Of a stretch of DNA of 64,000 bases, positions 54,965 to 64,000 are shown one piece after another. Numbering within the stretch: the first letter of the stretch is position 1; the number at the start of each line of letters is the position of its first letter. Where the stretch lies: positions 13,096,879-13,160,878 of the forward strand of contig MU053881.1 of the NCBI GenBank assembly GCA_013239625.1, read 5' to 3'. The position numbers and the translations under genes were made by a program. This DNA is from Lama guanicoe. Its lineage: Eukaryota. The notes under the pieces are model-generated. The model was not told the DNA's origin, ran no database searches, and saw nothing but the letters and a program-made list of their open reading frames with translations.

Positions 54965-55620
54965 GTGAGTTGACTGGTTGCATCTTCATTTGGGGAAAGG
55001 TTTTTCTGAAATTAGATCTATACCTCACCTGATACATAATAATAAATTTAAGATGTACTGAAGATCCAAATTTAAGCATGATTATAAATACTATGTAAGG
55101 AAAAAATATGAAAATATCTTCATATTCTTAGTGTGGAAAAGGCTTTGTCAAGCACAGCATTAAACTCAAAAGGCAGAAAGGGAAGAAAATTATAGGTTTG
55201 CCGTGTAAAATACAGAACTTCTGTATTATAATTTTCCTTTAAATACTTTTAAAAGGCAAAAAACACTGTACTTGAATAAAATTTTTCCAAAATAAATAAG
55301 AAATCAAAAGCTAAGATTACTAATATGTAAATAACTTCCATTAATTTTTGAGAAAAGAGACCCACATGTTTAACTAGGCTAAAAAAAATGAACAATTCAT
55401 AGATAACTAAATATAGGAAAAGATTCTCAACTTCAGTAGTGATTGATGAAATGCCAAGTACAATTACACTATTTCACTTTTAGTGCATCATAGTGGGGAA
55501 AAAACCCCAGTCATTTCCAGTTCTGACAAAAAGTGGACAAAGAGCAGAGCTACATACTCTGGGTAGGGGTCTACGCCGGTGTAAGCTAGAAGGTAATCTG
55601 GAAGTCCATAAAATATTTTT
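54965..55620 (+). mobile_element. Old LINE-1 ORF2 remnant
   Basis: attagatctatacctcacctgatac...gaacttctgt...gaaaagattctcaacttcagtagtgattgatgaaatgc; A-rich strand bias typical of L1. Confidence 0.65.
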
Positions 55621-56062
55621 TACTTTTAGGTATTTGGAATAAACACTGCAGGAAAAAATGGATTTTAAATTTGCCTTTGGATTGGCACTAAGTTTTCTCA
55701 AGGTTTACTGTGTGCTCAAAAGTACGAGTAGAATCTCAGTCCCGAATCTTCATAGTGTCTAGAGCGCTGTCGGGGGCAACGACTTCCACATTTCAATCAG
55801 CGGCTGACTTCTGTGCACGCCATCCCCAGGTGTCTCTGTACTCATCACCTGCCCACCACTCCCAGAGCTGGCCTAGGCTCTCATTAATTCTTCTGTAATT
55901 ACATTCACCATCTTTCCTGCAACTAGGTCCTTTGAGGTCAAGGGAGAGCCAAACAGCTGAACTGTAATCCTTGCCATCAGGGAGCCCTCAGGCTAGGAAA
56001 GATCTATGAGCAGAGCATCAGTACTCAGTGGCAGGAGGACTCCAAGAAAACACACGCAGGCT

Positions 56063-56174
56063 GGGGAGGGTGTAGCTCAGAGGTAGAGTGCCTGCCTAGC
56101 ATGCACAAGGTCCGGGGTTCAATCCCCAGTGCCTCTATTAAACATAAACCTAATTACACCCCCCACAACAACAA
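56063..56174 (+). mobile_element. tRNA-derived camelid-type SINE (Vic-1-like), intronic
   Basis: ggggagggtgtagctcagaggtagagtgcctgcctagcatgcacaaggtccggggttcaatcccc. 19-bp TSD (16/19 match) at 56044-56062 and 56175-56193. Confidence 0.9.
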
Positions 56175-56585
56175 AAGAAACCATATGCAGGCTGATTTAT
56201 CTTACACATCCTGATGGGATGAAGTTTCTGGCAAGCACATTTCTGAAAGTTCTGCGTAAGTAATGTCAGTCTTCACAAGCCTTCACGAGGTCCATGCTCC
56301 TCTTCACAGAAAGTCCTGACTCGTCAGCGTGACATGCAGGCCTGTCTATAATTTGAATTTAATGTAGGTCTCTCTCCCTTTCATTATTCCCTTCGTGTTC
56401 TCTAAGCCCTAGACAAAGTAAACTTTATCTTTCCATTTCACACGTCCATGATTTTTCTGTCTATTCTTCCCGGCATATCTCTCCCAGATTCCAGTTTATC
56501 TCCTCAATCCTTTCCCTCATTCCCACCTTCCAGGGCCTCCTCCCCACCCCCCATGCACACACATGCTCTGTACCGTGACTGGATC

Positions 56586-56760
56586 TGTGCTGAGTGGTAG
56601 CCATCTTAAGTAAAATTTAAGACTAAGTTCAATTTTAAAATCTTCTCAGTGATGAAACCACACATTTTGAGTGCTTAATAGCTACTTAGGGCTAGTGAGT
56701 ACTGTAATAGCACAGATCATAAAAGTTACTTCATTATAGAAGCTCAGTTGGACAGTGCTG
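56586..56760 (-). mobile_element. MER3-like hAT-Charlie DNA transposon
   Basis: cacattttgagtgcttaatagctacttagggctagtgagtactgta...tagaagctcagttggacagtgctg is reverse MER3. Confidence 0.75.
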
Positions 56761-57129
56761 GTCGAAACTAATCTCTTCTAGAATGCATTTCTGCTCATGC
56801 CGTTCCCTTCAAGTTTTCTTAGTATAAAATCCATCCTGCTCCGCATGGGATGCTAGTCCACTTTGCCAGGATCCACGGTGAATTATCACAGCACCATTTA
56901 TTATCTCCCCATTTTATGCCCACCCAACCTGATTTACCTTCTGCTCTCCTAAGGGGTATGTATGTTCATTCTTTGGTTCTCATTTGCCACATTTTGCCTG
57001 CAGCTTCTGGAATACTCTTCATACCTCTGACACTGTCACACACATACACATACCTCCAAACCCTTCCACTGATGCCCACTGATAGATAGCAGGACACATT
57101 AACTGTCTTTAACTTGTGCTGTCGGATTT

Positions 57130-57578
57130 CGTATGGTCTCTTCCCTGACTCCTCTCCAGCCTTATCTTAAACAGTATTTCCTTACACCCCAGCTGGGGCT
57201 CTTGCAGTCCCTTAGCTGTCCCCTGTGACCTCTCACCTTGGGGTCTGTTCACATGCTGATTCCCTCAGCTCACACTCCAACATCCTTATCTCTACTTAAC
57301 TGCTTCTTTCTTTCTTCAGATGCCAGTCACTTTATCCCATCATCAGAGAAGCCCTAAGCTGTCAGAAGTCCCCAGTAAGCTCTCCCAGCACCAGATGACT
57401 GTCACAGAGCTGACCCAAGTTGAAGGTGTACGGTCGGTGTGAATAGTGAATCGCACCCTGGGTCCACGAGCGCCACGAGGGGAGCAGCCGTCCCTATTTA
57501 GTCTCTGTTCTATTCTCAGCAGCTGGTACAGTGCCTGGTACACAGAAGGAATCGGATACTTATTTGTTAAATGAGTAA
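57130..57578 (+). mobile_element. L2 LINE 3' fragment
   Basis: ctgttcacatgctgattccctc...acagtgcctggtacacagaaggaatcggatacttatttgttaaatgagtaa. Confidence 0.7.
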
Positions 57579-58614
57579 GTGCTTTAGCTCAGATGGCCGT
57601 GAAAAAATCCTGGGTGAACTACTCACTCAAAGCATTTAAGACCAAGGCAGAGCTCAAGATGTGCTTTTAAAATATTAAGCTTTACTCTAGAAATTATTGC
57701 TCTGGCTATATTGTTACTGCATACCTTGCTTTACCCGATCCCCAGTGGTGTGAAGATAAGGTCACAGTGAGCTGTTAGCAATCTTAATTCCTTGCCAAGA
57801 AGAAAAAAAATAAAAGGAAACTCATCAGCTACATCAGAGTGGCTGCATAATGCTTATTAAGAATCGATTGGTGATGTGATCCAGATGCAGTTAGGGAGAG
57901 AAGAGGACAAGGGGGCTTGGCTTTGGAAACAGCCATCACAGTCTTCCACGTTAAGTCAGACAGGTGTGTTTTCATTTCAGAACGTCACCGTTATTTTTTC
58001 ATGTGCTGTTTGTTCAAGCTCATATGGTGATGAAAAAGAACAAAACAGTAGTTTTGCTAGGGAAAACATGAAAAGTAAAAAGCGTAGTTTAAAAAAAAAT
58101 TTTTTCTGGCCTAAATCCATCTTTTCAACACTGCCTCTGCCTTCTCTACTGAGGAAAGGAAGCACAGAGTTGTGGTGAGAAACAGGGACCGCTGCACACT
58201 AGAATGCCTGGAAGCCAAAGAAGAGTCCAGAACTCCTGCGTGGGTGGCTTGTTGGGGCTGAGCTGTTAGAAGCTGGGGAGTGAGGGAAGCAGGGAAGGGG
58301 CAGTGGGAAAAAGCTAAGCATGGATTTGCTTCAGCCTAAGGATAAGAGCTTCCAGAAGGTTCTGGAACAAACTACCCCACAGGGTTAGTCCCTCCTTGAG
58401 AGAAAAGCAGCTGCCATTTGTACCCCTACAGCTGAGGTGGGGCGGTCTTAATCTCCTAGATCACATGGCTCTGTTTTGGTTGAAGGCAGTTCTCCAAGAA
58501 GGGGACAGTGGGGGGCTGTTAACGGCCAACCCTTGCAGCACCTGGGGGATGAACACAGCAGCTCAGAAAAGGTGACAGGAAGGAGGAGAGGACACCAAAA
58601 GTGCCCACTGCCCG

Positions 58615-58820
58615 GTCTGTGGTGTCAGACTGGGTTCAAAATTTCTAGTCCTGCCACTCATTGGTTATACGATTTGGGGCATCTTAACGGAGTCTCAACT
58701 TCCTTATCTGTAAAGTGGGGATGATAAGAGAACGTACCTCATAGGGTTATCATGAACATAACAAGAGTTCATATACATAGTGTGCTTGGTATAATTCCTG
58801 GCACGTTGTAGTAATAATTT
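58615..58820 (+). mobile_element. MIR SINE (one of many; others at approx. 5530-5740 +, 8790-8970 -, 21095-21265 -, 38900-39010 -, 44570-44695 -, 60470-60640 +, 62945-63060 -)
   Basis: cagactgggttcaaa...ctgccactca...ttccttatctgtaaagtggggatgataag...tacctcatagggtt is the MIR core. Confidence 0.8.
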
Positions 58821-59054
58821 ACGTTAATGGGCCTTTTACTAAGTGGTGCAATCTGTGCGATACGGTTAACACCAGTCTGGCTCGAACAAGCATAAGAAGA
58901 AATGTTTACTAAACATTTAAATTAAATTTAAATTAAACTAAACTTAGGGTCCTAGAACCTATCCATCTCAACTAGTTCTGTCCTCCTAAAGGTTAAATAA
59001 TTGGGACCCACTGAAGAAGACGAATGTTTCATTCATGGGCACAGAGCTACCTAG

Positions 59055-60824
59055 TGACAGGTGGTGGAAAACAGGCATTCATTGTAAATATAAATATTTA
59101 TATTGTAAGTATAAATGGAAACAAATGCTCTGATACACAGCCACTTACTGGGTGGACCTAACAGTCAGCCTCTTGTGTCTATTCCCCTTGTGTTGAGCTC
59201 TCCTGAGTCAAGCCATGGACTAATTTTTAGAGGTTAATCTAGAGCTTTCTCTTGCTTAGTCTCTCCTAGAGGTATTCAGTTGGAGCCAGCTAGTTAAGCA
59301 AGTACGTTGTCTCAAACACCCAGCTCTCCTTTGAGTTAACACCAAAGACCAGGTCTGTATGAGACAGAGTAAGAACCCTGACTGTGACAGCACGGTTACC
59401 CTCTAAGCCCATGCTGCCAACAAGGAGGACGGCATTTGAACTCTGTTGAATTTACTGATGAACCTCACAAATGGTTCTAAAGTCAGAAGACAAAGAGAGA
59501 GTTATTATTAATGAGTATGACTCAAAACCCAGAAAGCTCTCCTGGAGAAATAAGCATGTTAGCAAAAATACTTATTTTTTTCCCCACTCTTTCAATGGGT
59601 CTGGCATAGCTTTGCCTTTGAAGCCAGACATGATTAATCTAACCCAGTCCCTGACATTTTCTTAGGAAAAAAGACTCCAGAGGTTAAGAAATCTAATGTT
59701 ATCAGAATACCAAGCTTTCTAAAATGGCTTTGAAAGCAGCTGGAAAAAAGAACATCCAAATTCAGGCAACTGCAGGCGATGGTTGCAAAAGGTCAAATCA
59801 CAAGATGTTCCCCAAGATGTCAGATCACTCCTGGGGATACTCTGCAAAGTTGTCGGCTTAAAAACTTGACCTCACTTGTTCTTTGCTCTGTGCCCCAGCA
59901 CTCCGTTTTAAAGGGTTTTGTCTGTTTGTTTGCTTGTTTTTCTCCTTCCTGCTGAAATTCTCTCACCCAGGATGTTTTGCATTTTGTGATATTCAAGTAA
60001 TTTTTAAAATGTCTGTCAAAAGTCATTACTAACATTAAAAAAAATCTGTAAATTATATCTACTACATAGAGTTGGTTCTAAAAAAGCTCAACATCTCTGA
60101 ATCATGAAACTTTATCTTTTGGTGGGAAAAGGACTGGATTCAAAGTCAGTAAACTGGGGTTCTGCTTCTTGCCTGGCTATCTATGATCTTGTGTGACCTT
60201 GGTTAAATCCCTTCTTCTTTCTGGTTCTCTTTTTGTCTTCTTTACAAAATGGAACTCAGATAGTAGATGTTGTGGAAACCCTATGCCAAATATTAAATAT
60301 TATTTTAATATTTAAAACTTATTATTAGTGATGTTATTTAACTCTGCATTTTTGAAATATATACGTCCACAGTTAACCGTGGGAGTTTTCCAATTTATAA
60401 AAAATGAAGAATGAGACATTTGACCTCTCAAAAAAAAATAGCTCTTTCTTAGTGGGACGGTCATTCACTCCATAACCCTGAGCAGGGAACTTAACCTCTC
60501 TGGTCTCAGTTTCCCCCCCGTGGGAGAATGGAGATGATCGTCACCCTTACATCACAGAGCTGTGATGCAGATGCAGGGGAACGACTCCTGTAGCGTGTCT
60601 GTAACAGAGACTGAGCCACAGTGGGTGTTTAGCAAGTGTTCCTGAAGGTTATTACCATTATTCCTTTCATCTTAAAATGTTTTTATATAACTCCTATGAC
60701 CCTGGGAATTTAGCTGTGTAGCAGTGCATTTGTTGTGATTCATATTTACGATATAAATATTTACAATATAAATATCTGTTCTGATTCATATTTACAATAA
60801 ATGCCTATTTTTCACCACCTGTCA
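59055..60824. repeat. Long-range inverted repeat: arms 59055-59141 and 60713-60824
   Basis: The reverse complement of arm 1 aligns to arm 2 at 76/87 positions, with one 25-nt insertion in arm 2 (manual alignment). Confidence 0.9.
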
Positions 60825-63800
60825 GGAAGTCAAAAGCTTAATCTCATTCCTTTCTCCTCCCATTTTCAACCTAAAGATCCCACGGCTCTACACCAACCTC
60901 TTCTTTTGCACTGTAATGGCCGCTGGGGTAGAAGACAAGAGAGGGGAAGGATCCACTTTCTTCCTTCCTGTGACAAGGCTCCATCACAGACACAGAAGCA
61001 TGGGGAGGCCCCAGCGCGGCCATGACGTGAGCGGCCTCCCCAGCGGAGGGCGCAGGCCTCGCGCCCTCGGTGCCGCTCTGTGCAGACTCCAGCGGCCACA
61101 CCTCAGGGCCGGTGAGACAGCACCTGTCCTGCCTCTCCCTCCACTGGTGGCACGACCGCCTCCTTCTGTCCATCAAAACACGCTTGTTGTTGACTTGATC
61201 GTGTGATAAAGGGAAAGAATATGAAAACGGAAGGGAAGTAGGCAGCCACACCCGTTTCCCAGATTTCATTTAGGATTCGGACCTCAGGGCTGCTGCGGTT
61301 TTCGTTTTAAAGGGCAAAGAAAGGATGCTACAAGCATCAACATGTCTGCCACGTGCAGTGTTGTGTCTCCTTCAGTTTACAAAGGGCGCTCCAAATCAGG
61401 GCGCCAGTGCCCAGCATGAAGATTCTGTTTTTGAGCAAAACGGGCCCCCGGGAGCACGTGCCCTGAGAGAAGGATCGTGTGAATTATGGCACATGGTCTG
61501 TGCTTCCTGTCTGACGTCTGCTGTGGCAGGAGGGATGCAGGAGATTACCCCAAGCCCTCCAAATCCACGTTTGCTCAGTTCGGCACTTGCTTTATTTTCG
61601 CGGATGGTATTCCATGCCTAACCAGCCTCAAGAACAGTGGGGTAATGCTCTGCTCACCAAAACTCAGACTGTCTTCAGCCTCATTAGACAGAGAGTTTTT
61701 AACGCTTGCATTGCTGAGTTAGTATTTGGACATGATCCTACAGTGTCAGAGGTAAAACAGAGTTTAGCGATCAAGCCAGTTCCTTCGCTTTACAGAAAAA
61801 GGGGCTTTGAGGCGTACAGGGGGGCTTGCCAGAGGTTCAGGGCTCACACCACGGAGCCTGCACCAAGAGCCAGGTCTCTCAGTTTACCCCTGAGCACTTT
61901 TTTGTTTTCATTAATGCTGTCATTTAAAGAACCACACTATGAGTTGTAAAACTCAACTATAGTTTTATGCATTAAAATTTAATTAGATTTTTTTCTCCTC
62001 CTTTCCTATGCTTGAGTTCCTGAAAAAACTTCAGAGTTAACCAATCCTTGCTATGGAGTAACTGCTTTCTTTTATGATTTGCAAAGAATAAGAAGGAAAA
62101 AAAATACCCTTTAATTTGAGAGAGTTGTTCGCTAAGCACTATGGTTCACTCCGCATTGAGGCAACAACTCTTCAGGCAGCCAATCATGAGAGGTTTTCCA
62201 AGGAGGATGTGATGTCAGCATTAATGAAATGATAGCCTACTTGGAATCTGATGTTTAAAAGGTGAGAAAACGGAAGTCCCTTTCCTCCCCTCTGTAGCCT
62301 TCCCTGCAGGGAGGAAAATCTCTCTTTCTTTTCAAGCAGTTTATACAGGCTGTGCACTCTGTAGCATTTTGTGGCATTAATGTATAGTTCTTCCGCCCCA
62401 ATAAATTCTGTAATAACACACAGAATTAGGTGGCATGCCAGTAGTAATGAGAAACTTCTGTAAAAACTTGTTCCCAAGCACAGAACAGTACAGAGTTGCA
62501 AAGAGCTGCTCTCAGTTAGACACTCGTATCTCTGACCTTTTCTAAGGTGGGAAGATCTCTCGTTGATGTTTTAAGATTTGTGCTTTGCAAAAACAGAACA
62601 TTCCTCTCTTTCCTTCTTTGCCACGTGTCAGCTTTAGTGGACAATTTGTAATCTACCACAGTGTCAAATTCATCAAGCTTCTGTGTAGGTCCTCTTTTGT
62701 AGAAGAGACAAAAAAAAATGTGTTGTAACAAACATTCCCCATGTTCCCTCATAGTTCTCCTATACAGTCTGGCCATTGTTCTTGTTAGAAAAAACCCTGA
62801 TAAGTAAAGAGTAGACTATAAATTAAAGCCCCTTTATATTCCTAGTTCTAAAATCATTCCTTTAAACCACTATCACCTTCGAGTAATTAAAAAATGTACT
62901 AATAGGAAAAGAGACAGCATAAATGGTTAGAATATTTAGCATACTTAGAATGAGAAGCAATCTCAAGCATCATCCAGTCCACCTGTAACTGAAGCTCAGA
63001 GACTTAAAATCACACATCTCAGGGCACATAGTTAGTAGCGGATCTAAAATACACAATTTCAGTAGCTTGATTCTCAATCTTAAGTTTTCTGATAGTGACT
63101 TTCCACGAAAAGCACTGTGCCAGTTTGGGGGTAACACAGTAACTAAAACCATAGAAATATGAGGAATATGCAGTTTTAGGTATCAGCTTGTTCAGTTCTT
63201 TCATCTTAGAAGCCCCCAACCTTCCTCCTAGGGCACTGGGGGCTCAGTCCCTCCTCTGTCGTGGGACACCCTGTGTCGCACAGCCGAAGAGGGGCAGAGG
63301 GGGAGAGGGAGGCGGTTGGCTTTGGGGAGAATTAATTCTCTGCCTGCTGAGAGTCGGGCTTGGAGCAAGGCTATTCTGCAAGAGCTGCTGTCTCCTCCCC
63401 ATACGTCATGAGAAGGGAAGTCAGGGCAGTTCCTAGCATTGCTCCTTGAAGAGCTGCGGCAGGCTGTGGTGGAAAACAAACCCAGACAAGGGAAGGGAGG
63501 CCAACACACAGGCTCACCACACCGAGTCAGCCTTCCTCCAGGGAGAGGCCGACAGCGTCTGTCTGCCTCCAGGAGTGGAAGGACGCCACTCGCTGACAGC
63601 AGGTTGAATGACCCAGATGAGAATCTGAGCTGTCATCAACCTACCTCCTCACGGTGCCTCAGCCAGGGCGGAAAGCTCGGGAGAGCTAAGCAGAAGAGAT
63701 ACCTGGCTCGGCGTGGAGCCACGTTCTCTAATCCCCAGGGAAGGAAGGCCATTCAGGAAGTCGGACCAGCAGTTGTAAGAAAACGGTTTTCCCTTTTTCT

Positions 63801-64000
63801 GCTTAATTCTGAGGATCTAAACAGAGGCACGGTAAAGACTGAGATTATGTCTCATGTTTTCCATCTCTCTGGTCCTCTCTTGATGCCCTCTGTCCCGTGT
63901 GACCGAAGATCTCCCTTCCACCTGCCTCCTGACTCCACACAGGGCCTCTGTCTGACGTGCTTTCCCTGAGCAACGCTGTTCTCCACTCCTGTGTACGCGG

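Noticed and set aside
63439..63969. 176-aa plus-strand ORF
   Set aside because: Non-ATG start, GC-rich intronic DNA and no recognisable homology.

Overview
Mammalian genomic DNA, most likely camelid (inferred from six tRNA-derived SINEs of the Vic-1 type and from young L1 3' ends). The only supportable gene is the 3' part of GABRG2 (GABA-A receptor gamma-2 subunit) on the minus strand. It comprises a 153-nt exon (51204-51356), a 206-nt exon (45200-45405), the 24-nt gamma2L micro-exon LLRMFSFK (43137-43160), the terminal coding exon (41455-41730) and a ~2.2-kb 3' UTR with several AATAAA signals. The micro-exon's splicing controls are readable in the sequence: a PTB-type pyrimidine tract, a downstream RBFOX UGCAUG and a distal NOVA YCAY cluster. 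Positions 51357-64000 are a long upstream intron. Positions 1 to ~39290 are downstream intergenic DNA rich in old repeats (a decayed ERV-L provirus, LTR33/LTR16/MLT1/MER67-like LTRs, L1, L2, MIR, MER44B). I cannot support a wholly new biological system here. The best unexplained signals are (i) an 87/112-bp, ~87%-identical inverted repeat of unknown family in the long intron, (ii) four SINEs in -,+,[exon],-,+ order around the 153-nt exon, and (iii) a recursive-splice-site-like motif at ~48675. Repeat family names come from recalled consensus sequences, and repeat boundaries are approximate unless target-site duplications (TSDs) are given.
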